Part shown: positions 40,819 to 53,814 of the stretch, piece by piece | Position numbering within the stretch: position 1 is the stretch's first letter | Layout of the letters: the number at the start of each line of letters is the position of its first letter | From: Cercozoa sp. M6MM | Taxonomy: Eukaryota; Protista; Endomyxa: Ascetosporea | Direction: 5' to 3' (one strand) | NCBI GenBank assembly: GCA_040357565.1 | Contig: JBDODJ010000007.1 | DNA length: 64,000 nucleotides | Translations under genes and position numbers: made by a program | The notes under the pieces: model-generated | Told to the model about the DNA's origin: nothing | What the model saw: the letters and a program-made list of their open reading frames with translations, nothing else | Databases searched by the model: none

Positions 40819-41481
40819 TCAGAAGACAGTGGTCTGCTTCATGATGCTGAAGAACTCTTCTTCGTTGATCTCTCCGTCTTCATCTTTGTCAAACTCGTCA
40901 ATCATCGCTTGGAGCTGCAGAACAATACAAAATGGTCTCTCTGCGTAGTTTACTTCCTTTTAACGGTAGCTCTAGCTCGGACTGTCAGTACCTCATCATC
41001 CGACAGGTTTTCACCGAGCTCGCGAGCAACACGTCGCAGGTTCTTCAGCGAAATCTTGCCAGTGCTGTCATCGTCGAATAGGGCGAAAGCTTTGTAGATC
41101 TCCTCGTCGGGATCGCGGTTAAGGATCTTCTGTGACACAATTTCGACAAAGTCTTGGTACTGAATGCGACCGGTTTCGTTGCGATCGTAGTCTTGGATTA
41201 TCTTCACAAGGTCCGCTTTCTTGGTGTCGAACCCAAGTGCTCTTAGTGCCACCTTGAGCTGCAGCAACACACGCACAAAATTATGCAAGCCACCTTGGGC
41301 TGAAAGCAGCAAACTGAAAGGTGCGAACCTCGTGGTAGTCGATGCTGCCAGTTTTTTCAGTATCGAAAAGCTCAAAGGCCTCTTTGATCTCTTGACGTTG
41401 CTCTTCGGTAATCTCTGGCCGCTTTTGTCGGCGATTTCGGGAACGTGCACCCAGCGAAAAATCCAAACGACGGGTTGACAT
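40819..41481 (-). CDS. CETN3: Centrin (centrin-3/Cdc31 type), 3 exons
   Basis: [24 protein letters not shown]|[42 protein letters not shown]|[21 protein letters not shown]; two canonical introns. Confidence 0.93.
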
Positions 41482-41697
41482 TTTTGGTCACTCAGTTCAG
41501 TTTGCACACGGGAAACGCCACACTTCTTGCAGGAACTTTGCTAAAGAAGCTCTAACAGCTAGAAATAGACTGTCAAACGCCAACAAAACTCTTATGTACC
41601 AAACCAGTTTGTCTTTTTCAGAAATTCCGCGCGGACTGCGCAAGAATTACAAAACCCAGGGGTCCAGTTGCTTGTAAGCGTTTCATCGCTCCCGGCG

Positions 41698-42256
41698 ATG
41701 CGCGCTGTCCGGCCTGTCCCTAGCGAGATGGACGAAGTGAACAGCCTCGTAGAGTACTCAACCACACAGGATTCTCGGAGTGCTGAAGGGGTTTCGAGAC
41801 ACACAAAACGCGCTTTGGCGTTGCAGCGGCGTGAACTGTTCGGCTACTTTGACGGAGGTACTGTGCCGCTGTGAAAGCAAGTCTCAGGTTTCTCGCTTTC
41901 TTGCGAAGTTTTTAACGTTGAACCCTGATGTTGTCAACGCAGAGATAGCAAAACTGAAACAAGCGAATGCAGAGAGCAAAGCTCGAGTGCAACAACAGCT
42001 GGAGCGCGAACGCAAAGCAGAGGATGTCCAGCAAAAAGTAAATCGCCTTGCCACGGAAATGGAGCGTGACGCTGTCGCAGCAGACCGAGTGGCTAAACAA
42101 GAGCTTGAGCTTATGCAACACGAACTCGACGTACGAGCTTCAAGAGTAGCCAGCGACGGTGGAGCCGCTGTGGAGATCGACCTGAAAGCAGCACTCGCGA
42201 CTGCAAAAGAACTAGTCCAGCGAGTCGACGAGGAGTTGGCTTCACTTTTAAGCTGA
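41698..42256 (+). CDS. Small coiled-coil hypothetical protein
   Basis: Two-exon frame ending ELVQRVDEELASLLS*, with heptad-rich composition. Confidence 0.55.
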
Positions 42257-42329
42257 CACATTAGGAGTAAGCCTGCGCAGGGTATTTCAGAAGCTCCAGC
42301 GTCACTCATAATGGTTAATTGGAGGCGCG

Positions 42330-44361
42330 TGTGTCATAGCGACATTCATCGTGGCATACAGATACGCAGTGTGAGCAGCTTCGCTTTGGCGACTAAATGT
42401 ACCTCGCACCTTGAGGTAGTTTCGCCTCGAGAAAAGCACTCAGTCGGGGGTACCAAGGTTACCGCTCAAAGTCATCCATAGCGACATCGAGTTTGACAGC
42501 TTCTTCACTGGCAGACTGGAGCTGTTTTTTTGCGTAGAAAACCGTGCCGATAACCCCGAGTGCAGCAGCGCACTGCAAGAGTGTTGGCATTCCGCATCAA
42601 GGGCTAGACAAAGGGCAAGAACGTATACTTACGACGATGCTGAGGATCTGAGTGGCATTGACGCGGCTGTTGCACTCGGCTGACACGCAGCGGTGACGCA
42701 ACTGCTCCAAGCCTGCGCGCGTATCGTTTAACCAATTCAAAGGTGAGGTCTAACACCTTCAACTGCAGGCAGAAACAGTCCTACCGAGCGGAATCACTAT
42801 AAGAGCGAGCAAGGCGGCGAGCTTGCCGTTGCCACCGTGGAACACCTCAAACACACGGCGTGCTGTCGACTTCTCTGGCAAGGACGGCGTCTCGCTTTGT
42901 GGCGATGTGTTTGGTTTGCTCCTGTACCTGTTTAGGTGAGCTTAGTCAGCAAGAGGGACAAATCGGGTCAGTAGTAACAGTACTTGCTAGCCGGCACGGT
43001 GACAATGACGGGCTGGTCTGGCTTGTGTGGCCGCAACAAGCCGGTGGTTACTTGCAGAAAGGCCAGTATGATCACACACAGGCCAAGGACACCATGACTG
43101 TCAACGAAAACATCTGGTTCGATGTTTTAGATACCGCGACAGTTGGTTTCAGTGGTACAGGTGTTTGAAGTGCGCTCCGGTCGTGGCAGTGACCGACAGC
43201 ACTAGTGCCACAATGGTACAGGTGAAGGCCGACGCAATGCAGAATTTGTGCGCACGAAACCAATTCTTTCGTCTAGAGGGGTATAACTGGAATACAAGAT
43301 TTACATTGCACCCAGTGTAAGTATGTGGTCTCGTACCTCAGCATGGCAGCAAACACGGCAACAGGAACGAAAAAGATCCACGCCATTGTCATTAGAATGC
43401 CATGACTAAGAACCAGGGAAAATCTAAAATTGAGAATATACAATCGACCTGGGGCATAGATACATGAGAACAAGAGTGTCAGTGTCTTTGCGTGGGTTTA
43501 AATGTTCCGACTCTACCCTCCAGAGAACCCTGAGTCGAGACAGCGGAGTAAATCTACAGAGGGTACCACCAGTCGTCCATTGCACTGTCGCGGTACCACG
43601 AGCGGTGTGCCGCACGAAAGGTAACTGGAGGCACGATAGCACGGTATCGAAGGTATTGGCAACGCATGTACAGGTGTATAAGTTTATACAGTGTCAGAAT
43701 CAAAATGGCTCGGTATCGACGTGTGCTGTGCCCAGACCAAGTCGCTACTAGACGAGCCTTGTGTCATCACACCCAGCCAACGGAATTTGAGCTACAAATT
43801 AACACAAAAAGCCCTGTGTCCTGTGTCTGGATCACTTTGCAACTCGTACCATTTTTTCAGTACCTCAACGGTGTCATTGTCCACCGTGGCGCCGACCTGA
43901 TCAAACTCGGGAGCGATGCGCGAAATGCCGTTGCCGCTGTAGGCCGAGATCTTGGCCATGGACATCCACGCGGATGTGTCACTCGTGTCAACGTTAATTA
44001 GTATACACTTACTTCCCACTGCGTTAATTTTGCTCTGTAAATCGACAAACACAGAACATTTACTGGTACCCATCTGCGTGCCGACTCCGATGGCGTACCA
44101 TCGTTGGTCAAATGAAGCAGGCAGTGTAAGCTTCAGCTGCACGTGCGTTTGAGTAGCTTCCGTAGGCGTGACCCAGGACACCTGCGCGTCGCCCAATCGG
44201 ATGTTCTTGTCGTACGTCTGCAGTCGCAAAAAAGGCGATGAAACTCACCGGCAGCAGAGTAGAGTTCTGTATGAGTGGAATGCCACCAGCGCAACGGCTT
44301 CTCCGAACAGCATGGCGTAGCAAACGAAAACAAACACGTCCACGAGCGTCTCGACCGTCAT
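42330..44361 (-). CDS. DOMON + cytochrome b561 domain protein (ferric-chelate reductase/FRRS1-like)
   Basis: DOMON-like WYAIGVGTQM and LVWAQH; b561 heme-ligand helices LSHGILMTMAWIFFVPVAVF, WFRAHK, GAHFKH, LAFLQVTTGLLRP and FEVFHGGNGK. Ends approximate. Confidence 0.75.
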
Positions 44362-44559
44362 TTCAATGGCAAATGCACGTAGAGGCCAGCTTTAGCGAAG
44401 CGAAGGGCTATCTCTTCGCAACTGACATTCCAGAGTTGTGAAGTCCGTGACGTGCACTTGACGTGTACACCTGCGAACCTAAAATGTAACTCCCTTCAGC
44501 TAGGCAACACGATGACGTTTCTGGGTTCTTGTTTGCTGCCGCGGCAAGCCTCAAAGCTT

Positions 44560-44569
44560 TGACCCATGA
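44560..44569 (+). promoter_or_regulatory. Candidate snRNA upstream sequence element (USE/PSE) for U6
   Basis: TGACCCATGA lies about 65 nt upstream of the U6 5' end, where protist snRNA USEs with an ACCCAT core sit; positional inference only. Confidence 0.35.
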
Positions 44570-44624
44570 TTTGTTTTTCTTAGCAAATTATCAACTAAAA
44601 TGGTGTACAGCGCGCATTCATCAT

Positions 44625-44651
44625 GTCTACTGCCCTTCGGGGCATAATTCA

Positions 44652-44682
<31 letters not shown>

Positions 44683-44736
44683 GGTCCCTGCGTTAAGGAT
44701 GACACGAAAAATCCACGATTGTATCACACTTTTTTT
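44625..44736 (+). ncRNA. U6: U6 spliceosomal snRNA
   Basis: 5' hairpin TGCCC-TTCG-GGGCA; AAAATTGGAACGATACAGAGAAGATTAGCATGG core with the ACAGAGA box at 44666-44672 and the AGC triad; ISL ending AAGGATGACACG; T7 Pol III terminator at 44730-44736. Confidence 0.97.
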
Positions 44737-44853
44737 GTAGCTTCCAGTGTCAAATCTAGGTGAGCGTTTCTCGGGTCTCGCAATATTCGAACTTCTTTCG
44801 ACAGGATGACATTTTTGTTTCAGTAAGAGAGGTCCTGTACGAAAAGGCTTTGC

Positions 44854-47800
44854 ATGGGTGGCAATAGCAAACCTCGCCAGGCCGAGCAGAACCATGCGCC
44901 GCCCTTTGTGCTCGAGCATGTGTTTGGTTGCCGTTCTGACGTGAATCGCTCGCTGTGTGCGGTTGCAGGTGCGAATGGTCGCAACATTGCCTACGTCGCC
45001 GGGAATCGGGTCGTTATTCAGGAGGTGACCGGGTTTGCACAAACACTGTTGCCGCGACCGACAGAGTTGGGTGGTCGCATCTCGGCGCTCGCGTCAGATG
45101 CACGCGGTCGATACCTTGCTGTCGCTGAGTCGGCGCGCATAGCTTTGCGCGAGGTTACGCAGCCTCAACGAGGCGCTCTTGGTTCCACCACAGAAGTGTT
45201 GTCTGCGCGTGAGACAAACGCACAGGGGGTAGACGAAGAGAATGCAGAAACCACTCTCACGTCGCCTGTTGCTCAGCAAAAAACCAGAGGCTTTCGTCGT
45301 CCGATGATCGTGATTCATGACTTGCTGAGGCACAAGAGACGTGTGCTCGATCTTGGTTTGAAAGTTGCCCAGCACCTCTCGGGCAAGAACCCCACAGACG
45401 ATGCATGGCGACGCGCCGAAGCAGCGAACATCGTGAGCATGGACTTCTCTCCAACAAGCAATCTGTTGGCCACCCTCGTGGAGGCACCGAACCCAATTCT
45501 CTTTGTATGGCACTGGGAGAAGAGCCTACTTTTCGCGCACCACAGTCTTGGAGCTGGTCACTCTGTCATTGGGTCTGAACTATCGTACCGTGATGCAGGT
45601 TTCAAAAGTGTACGCTTCGCGCCACAACCTCAGGCGTCGTCTTCTTGCGCAGCAGCCGCCGCAGGCAATCGGTTGATGGTGCTTGGTATGTACGCTATGT
45701 TGTTTCATGTAGTCTCTTTGATGTTTTGAGCTTTGCAACAGGAGGTGGCAACGAGCTCCGCTTGTTTACGTTGGAGAATCGATTGCTGAAAATGACAAAT
45801 TTGTACGCGCAATGCCACTCGAGCCTGGCGAATCTAACTCCCGGTGAAGAGCACGTGTACAACTTCCAAGACGCTTGCTGGCTTAGCGCCACTGCATGTG
45901 TTGTTGCGACTACGAGCGGACACCTCCTCTGCTTCGACATGCTTGGGTCGCAAGCGGCGGACAGGACCCTGCAGTTCCGAGGCATCGTCGATGTTCTTCC
46001 TCACGACATTGATCGCATCTCATCAATCACTGTTAGTCGTGAAATCGTCTACTGTGGCTGCTCGGGTGGTGACTTTCTTGTGCTTAGACCCCCTGGTACG
46101 GAAACCATCGTGCAAGTATCAAAAAAGAAACAAACGGGTGCGAACCTCGCAATCGCCGAGGCAGACGCAAGTAACAGGCTGCAGACACAGCAAGAGAAAT
46201 ACCCGGTGCGAGGCGATATGGGATGGGTCCTGCTGGCGCAATTTCGTAACTTTGAAGACAGCAGTGAAACGGCTGCAGTTATGGCGTGTCTTAACGGTTC
46301 TCGCATCTGCACGCTGTCGTTGGACTCGCAGCTATTCTCTCTTCGCACGGATCAGATTGATGTGATGAAGGCAAAAGATATGAACTTTGAGCGTCTTTCT
46401 CCAGGTCCTTTGATATGTCGACTGGATATGATTTACTAACAAATGACTTGTTACAACAGGTTTGCATTCGGTGCGCGTGAATGACGTTTCGGTGTGCTCA
46501 CGCCGACCACTGGCTCTCAGTGCAGGTCGAGATGCTTCGCTTCGCTTGTGGAACTACATCGATGTCGACCTCGTTCATGCCCAGTACTTCAGCAAGGAGG
46601 CACTGAGTGTGGCGCTGCACCCGATAGGGTATTATGCTGCCGCGAGCTTTCGTGACTGCGTTAAGTGGTTCTCTATCACGCAAAACGAATTCGTATGCTT
46701 CCACGAGGTCGCGTTGAAGGACTGCTGCAGCATGAGCTTTTCAGAAGGAGGTGATCTTCTTGCGCTCGCGTCTCCGTCAAAGATCGAAGTGTACGAGTGG
46801 ATGACGGGTGACAACATCTCCTCCTTGCACTTGGAGTCAGCGAATTTGACTAAAATCTCGTGGGGTGAGGACTGCAAACGTATCGTTGCGGCGACTCAAA
46901 CAGGTCTGCTCGAAGTGGATCTTCTTTCAAACACCAAAACTCAAGACTATCATCACAAGGAGGAAGGTGTATCCTTCTTCATGGCAGTGTCAACGCAGCG
47001 AGACACAATCATCGCAGCAGCTTCTGACCGTTCACTGCACAAGGTTGTCGACGAGCATCTTGTTGTCTCGGTTCCACTCGACATACGACTGACAGCGATT
47101 CACCGCACAACGACGAGCAATCTCGGTAGTTTGCTTTTTGCGGGCACCTCGGACGGTGAGCTGCGAGTCTTTGACCTCAACGGTCACTGCGTTTCCTTCA
47201 ACGTGGCCTCGATGTTCATTGCGAGTGCTCCGATTCTGGCGCTAAAGACGACCAGCTGTGCTCGCTATCTGATAGTTGCATCCGAAGACGGCAGTGTTTC
47301 TGTTGTGAATCTCAACTCGGACGCATTGCTCGCCGCATCAAACCCGAGCGCTGTCCAAACACTTTTCAAGAAGCGCACTTCACACCGAACACACGCGCTC
47401 GCACCTGACCCGATCCAAGGTTTCATTGAAGACACGTTGGTTTCGAAGGAGGAACTAGACGAACAACGTCGTGGGCACGTGAAACAAAGACAAGAGTTAC
47501 GCCGCATAGAAACGATGAAACATCAAGAACAACGAGCCAAGCGTGAGCAAGAGAATCATCAAATTACTGAGCTGGAGGAACGCTTTGCTGACGAACTCAC
47601 GGCGGCACAACAAAGGCCTCACTTTTTGGAAACCGAAAAGATGAAGGCGCAGGAGGAGTTCGACGTGCAACTGGAAGAGCTGTCGAAAACGCATCACGAC
47701 GAACTGTGCGAGTTGGAGCGACAACACACGCAGAAATTAAAGAGTGAAAACGAACGTCTGATGGAGCTTGGCGTCCGACGGAGTACTGAAAAGGATTGCC

Positions 47801-48193
47801 GTATGCGTGATGACAAAGCGAGAGAGGAGATGTCGAAGGCAGAAATCTCAGAACTGCGCCAAGACTTGTCTCAGCAAATCGAAACTGAACTAACTGTAAC
47901 GGCGAAACTTACCGATGAACTGCAGCGACTCAAATCTTGTCTAGCCGAAATGAAGGAAGCAATGGACGACGAAGCCGAGGAGCGACTTGATGCAGTTAAG
48001 CGCGAATTGTCCGCCGTGCTCGAGGTTGAAAGAGAGACGACATTGGTTCTTCGGGGCGAGAATGGCATCCTTAAACGCCGGTTTCAATCACTACAACAAA
48101 AGATTGCTACACAGCAACGAACAATTTCTGCCGCTGTCGAGCGTGAACGAAAGCTCTACGATGAGTGAGTTTCTCGCACTTTCAAGAGTCAAG

Positions 48194-48267
<74 letters not shown>

Positions 48268-49242
48268 GTTGTGTTGTGTCGCGTTGTGATGTATCTATTT
48301 GGCAGCATTGCGCGCTTGGAAAAAGACCTTGAGAACCTCAAACGCGAAATCATTGAGCGCGACGCAACAGTGCGCGACAAAGAGAGACGAATTAGCAACT
48401 TGACAGTCAAGAACCAAGAACTTCAGAAGTTCAAATTCGTGCTAGACTACAAGATTAAAGAGTTGCACCGTCAGATCCGTCCTCGCGAAGCCGAGATCTC
48501 GACGCTGGAAGACACGATCACCAAAACTCAACAGGAAGTGGCCGAGCTGTCGCAACAAAACGCCATCGACAAGTTGGAGCGCAGTCAGTTGCAGTTTAAG
48601 ATTGCAGGCATCGAACAGGACTGCAAGCAGTACAAAGCGCAAGTCAGCGCGTGGAGACGACGCAGACTTGTAATTCTGCAGTCACTCGAGGAAGCGCTCC
48701 GCAGCTTCAAAGACACGCAAGAGGTCCCCGAGTTCACTCACGCGCTGACTGAGCTGTACCACAAGGTTCAGCGACTCGCGCAACGCAAGGACGACGAAGA
48801 TTTTGACAAGGAAGCGGCTGACATCGTCGAAACTGACGGCCGAGGTGAGGCAGCATTCGGCGAAACTGCATTGAGGAATCTGCTGCTGTTGCCTCAAGCC
48901 AGCAAAAGCAAGGTTCAATCGTTTGTCAGATTTGTGTTTAAGTCGTTCACAAAAGGAGTGTTTTCTTGAGTGCAGAAGGAAGCGTCGGCTTCACAACTTC
49001 AGTTTGCTGAACGCGGTTTGAAGTCGTTGCAAACCAAGGAAAAGTCGCTCCGAGTAAAGCACGAGAAAGGTACACGCAGGACTGCAGTGCCTACTGTAGC
49101 TCCCAAAAAGGAGCGTGCTATTGTTTGCTCAGAGATGCACAGACTGTCCGAGCACACTGCATTCCTGGAAAAGCAAAGAGCAACGCTGCAGCGCCACCTG
49201 GCGTCCCTGATGCGCCGGTCGCAATCGTTTCGCTCGGACTAG
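44854..49242 (+). CDS. CFAP57: Cilia- and flagella-associated protein 57 (WDR65): WD40 repeats plus C-terminal coiled coil
   Basis: N-terminal HVFG..NIAYVAGN; WD motifs (HSVRVNDVSVCSRRPLALSAGRDASLRLWNY; EALSVALHPIG); signature KNQELQKFKFVLDYKIKELHRQIRPRE. Confidence 0.88.
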
Positions 49243-49502
49243 GCAGCTGAAAGGACTCTTTTTTAGAGCATGCAATAGCACTGTCGCAGTTATTGGTCGT
49301 TAGACTCGTACCACATGACCACCACAGTGCTCGTATCAGCTATAGCTTTAGTTGATCTTTCAAAGAAGAGGAAGAATTCTCACCCAGTTCATCTTCTTAC
49401 TAGAGGATGAAGGAGCACTAGATCGTGCTCTTGTTTTGTGCTGGAGTGTGCTACGCGTGCAGAAGACTATTGGCTGTGCGTACACGCGTGCACTAGTGGC
49501 GA

Positions 49503-50783
49503 ATGGGAATTCACCGTGAGGTGGGATCTGCTCACGATAGGGGGTTTTGTTCAATGTCCGTTTCTTGCTTTTACACAGGCCTTCACGTGCCCCGCGGATA
49601 CGCGAGCACTGCAGCGAGAGTCGTTGCTTCAGGAAGTGCGACGCGCGGTTGACCGCTTGCGACAGGGCCTCAGCGAGGACCCGGATGAGGTAGCCTTTGT
49701 TGTTCCTGAGCTGTGTGGCCTCGCACTCGGTCATGGGTGTACATGTGCGCACAGCAAGTGGATGGCAGTCAGGCCATCACGTGGACTGAGGCAGACGGTG
49801 CCGCACTGTCACTGTGTCAGTCAATTGATCATGTGCTAGTGTTTGGCGTGCGACGCTCCTTTGTACCACCCCCCCCCCCCCCCATCTCTTGTGTATTTTT
49901 CTGTTGGCATGACTGTGTGTTGTGCCAACAGTGGGGCAACCGACAGCACTGGTGGGAAATGGTGCTCGAACGCAGTCAGGACGAGCGTCAACGCGAGCCG
50001 GATTTCCGCGCCTCGGTCGACTTTGTCTTCACCATCAAAGGTGCGTTGTGTCGTGTGTCTGTGTCTGTGTCTGTGACTGTGACTGTGTCTGTGTCTGTGT
50101 CTGTGATTGTGTCTGTGTCTGTGACTGTGTCTGTGTGTCTGTCCGTGTCTGTGTCTGTGACTGTGTCTGTGTCTGTGTCTGTGTGTGTATGTGTGTGTGG
50201 GTGAGGGTGGGGGCGGAGGTGTGGGTGTATGAAGGATAGTGTGGCACAGGTGTCAAAACAAACGCGGCACGAGCGCACTTGTACCTGCGAATGGCACTGA
50301 ATCAGCGACGCGTGTGGCTCGACTTTCTCGTGCTGCTGCGATCACAGCCAGAACTGGCCAAGTGGTACTACGACTGGGCGCCGCTGCGACACCCTGCTTT
50401 CATCGAGCACTTCATGGAGCAGGTGCCCTCCTTTACCCTTTACCCCTTTACCCTTTTTCCCCTTACCCCTTTACCCCTTTACCCAACCTCTACTGTACTC
50501 CCTTACATCCTGCCCTTCTTTACCCCCCCCCCCCCCTGCAGGTGGAACGTGTCTGTCGGAACGACATTCGCTTTCGCTTTCTGCTGTCGGCGAGTCGGCT
50601 GGATGGTGTGTGGATGTACCGGGATGTGCAGATGGAAGAGGGGTAAGTAGAGGGGGAATGGAGGTGTAAACCGGGATGTGCAGATGTGGCGCCGACACTC
50701 TGGACCTTTGCCGACGATGAATTTCCGCTGCCAGCCAACGATCTGTCTTCGCTCGCTTCCACGCAGCTGCGCCGAGAAACTGT

Positions 50784-50823
<40 letters not shown>

Positions 50824-52655
50824 NNNNNNNNNNNNNNNNNNNNNNNNNNNNNNNNNNNNNNNNNNNNNNNNNNNNNNNNNNNNNNNNNNNNNNNNNNNNN
50901 NNNNNNNNNNNNNNNNNNNNNNNACCCTACTTGTCCCTATTACTTCTCCCCCATTTACCCCCTCTCTATCCCATTTACGCCCTCTTTTATCCATCTATTC
51001 TTCTCACACCACACCATGTTATGTAAAAATAGCCGCGAAAGCAGTCGCATGCGCCACGTTCGGTGCGCCGCAAGGTGCTCACGCGCACACCGGGCAAATT
51101 TAAAACCGTCGCTATTCGCTCTTCGTAGCTTTTGTCTCTATCCCCCTTTACCCCCCTCCCCCACACTCTTTATTTCCTTCTGGTTTGCAGAAGTGTGAGT
51201 ACGAGTACCTTTGCATTGGACGCTGAGGACACCGAGTCGACTCACGGCACTGCGAGCACCGAAGCGAATCCGCTAAGCGACGAAGCGACGGTGCCGAGCG
51301 AAAACGCGAAAGCCACGTCTGAGTTTAAGTGCGACGAAGCGAACGTTGCGAAATCTCGCGAAATCTCGAACGAGCAACGCGAAACTCGAGCGAGCGTTGC
51401 AGAAAGTCGCGCAAAGCAAACCGAACCCCGTTCGAAAAATCTCAAAGCAGTCGAAGCAAGCGCGAAATCGCGCGAAGCAACGCGCAAAACGAGCGAAGCG
51501 AAACCGAGCGACTCGAAACTGCGCGAAGCACTCAAAACCAACGCGACGGAGCAACGCGAAACAGTACGAAGCGAAGCTTTGCGCGACGAAGCAGTTGTGA
51601 AACGAAGCGAAAGTGACGAAGCAGTTGCGGAATTGAGCGAAAGCGACGAAGCAAACGGCGAAGCAGAAGCAGAAGTGGAAGAAGAAGTCGACGAGGAAGA
51701 AAGCGAGTCGACGGAGGGTGCGCACTCGGAGGTGATAGCGATGGCGATAGCGATGTCGACGCCGATGCAGACATCGACACAGGCGCCGACGGGCCGCAGT
51801 CTGCCGCGCAGCGTGGTCGACAGCGTGCTCAACGACGACGCGGTCGCTCCGGCCGTCGCTGCTGCCGACTCGGACGGAAGCGACGTCGCCGCGCGCAACA
51901 CGTCCGAATACCACTACCCGCAGGAGCACACTGACGGTTTGGCCGACAGTGTCGCTGACGGTGTCGCTGACGGTGCCTCTGACGACGGTGCGACTGACGA
52001 CGGTGTCACTGACGGTGTCACTGACGGTGTGACCGAGGCGATCAACGACACACTGGACTACGCACACGTGTCGCTCGAGTCGTCGGTGCCGTTCGACAGC
52101 GACACAGAACAGAGCGATCACAGTGGTCACACCAGTGGTCACATCAGTGGTTACCTCAGTGGCGAGGAGAGCGTCCGCGCGGAAGAGGAGCAGGAGCAGC
52201 AGGACGTGGAGGACATTGATGTGACGTCGGAGGAGGACTCGTGGCTCGGATCGATGCTGCGGCAGAGCACCGAGGCGGCGCAGCAGGCCGACGGCACCGG
52301 CGGCAAGGGCTTCCTCATCCGACGCGTCGAGGCCTGGGAGCACGAGCGATGGCAACTACTGGGCGGCTGGAAAAGCACCACCGACAAGAGGGAGCCGCGT
52401 TTCTCCAGTTTCGATCAGCTGCAGGTGCTCTCGCAGCTCGACGAGGACCAGTTCCAACCGCCCTTCATGTGGTAGCCCCTACCTCCTTTTATACCCCTCC
52501 CCCTGATAATATCCTCGCCACCTCCCTTTGTGAAGGATGTGGTGCGGCGACCGCTGGCGAACCGAGGTGAACATTCTCACCGACGCCGAGGGCTGGATGT
52601 ACTCCTTTGCCTTCAACAAAGACTGCCGTACCCTTCTCTTTCCCTTCTCTCTATC

Positions 52656-52707
<52 letters not shown>

Positions 52708-53814
52708 CTACAGTCCAGTTGTACCTCACTGTCCATTTAAACCGGTCTTGTACCCCTGTACTGTAGATCCCAAGTCATACAAGCACACGCTGGTGCGACG
52801 GCGTCGCTGGGTGCGACACTGCTTTGGCCGACCCGAGCCGTCGGACCACCTGCCGTCGCTCGACGCGCAAGTCTTTGGCTGGCTGTTTGTACCGTCCCCC
52901 TTTTGTACTGACCAGACGGGCCTATTAACCGACTGTTTGGACCGTCTATTTGTGCAGGTACACAGGTCCGATGCCGACGGCAACGATCTCCCTGAGGTGA
53001 CTGCCGCGCGTCGACAGCGTCGCAGGCAGCGCGCCGCCACGGTCGGCCCGGTCACCCTGTCGCACAAGGTACGACTGCCGTCTACTACCTGTGCTACTGC
53101 CTGCCACTGCCTGCTACTTCTTGTACTCCCTACCGAACAGACCTGGCGACGCGCCGGTGCCAAGCGACGGTTCTGCGCACTGGCACAGGACCGTCTGCTG
53201 GTGTACAAGTTCGATCCGCGCGAGGCGCGTCACCGCGGCGACGAGCCGCGCCGTGTCGTGCCACTCGCCGACTGCGAGGTACTTGTACACACACATGTGT
53301 ACAAATGGACCTTACGTGTGGACTTGTACATACGAACGAGTGGTCTGTACACAGATCTTCCCGGTGGGCCTGTCGCCCGAATGTGCCGCTGTGGTTGAGG
53401 AGAACCGTAAGCGACTGCTGCGACAACTCGACCCGGAGGACGCCGGCTGGGCTACGTCGCCGCCGGCGCCTGTCTCTAAGACTGTAGCCTCCTCTCACAC
53501 ACGCACCTTCCCTGTGTATTTCTCATCTGTACTTGACCGCAGGCACAACTGGACCCGGAGCAGGTGCGTACGGGCGACCTGTGCGACGACAAGAGCGCAC
53601 TACAGGCCTCGCTGCGTGCCATGTACCTGATGCCCAAGGTATCGATTACCCTGCCTTATGGGACACAAATACCATGTCATGTGTGTCTATGTGTGGGTGA
53701 CAGGACGGCGAGAAACAGCTGCTGCTGGCCTTCCCGGACCGGTGTGCCGAGCAGGTCTGGTGGTCCTCGCTGTCGGCGCTGCTGCCGCGCCAGCTGCGTC
53801 GCGATGACCAGTAG
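49503..53814 (+). CDS. RUN domain + acidic linker + DysF (dysferlin/Pex24) domain + PH domain protein; spans a 100-N gap
   Basis: RUN: [37 protein letters not shown]. DysF: [16 protein letters not shown]|[26 protein letters not shown]: [35 protein letters not shown]. Confidence 0.75.
50054..50198. repeat. Intronic (GTGTCT/GTGACT)n hexamer microsatellite
   Basis: Directly visible. Confidence 0.9.
50784..50923. other. Poly-G run plus 100-N scaffold gap (other 10-N gaps at 8229-8238, 34250-34259, 55264-55273)
   Basis: N characters; the smaller gaps all sit inside microsatellites. Confidence 0.95.

Noticed and set aside
50784-50823. Poly-G tract as a G-quadruplex or poly-Gly coding region
   Set aside because: It abuts a scaffold gap, so its length is unreliable and it may be a sequencing artefact.
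51242-52355. Long antisense ORFs (also opposite Cav, CFAP57 and the RS protein)
   Set aside because: Shadows of GC-rich or low-complexity coding sequence on the other strand.
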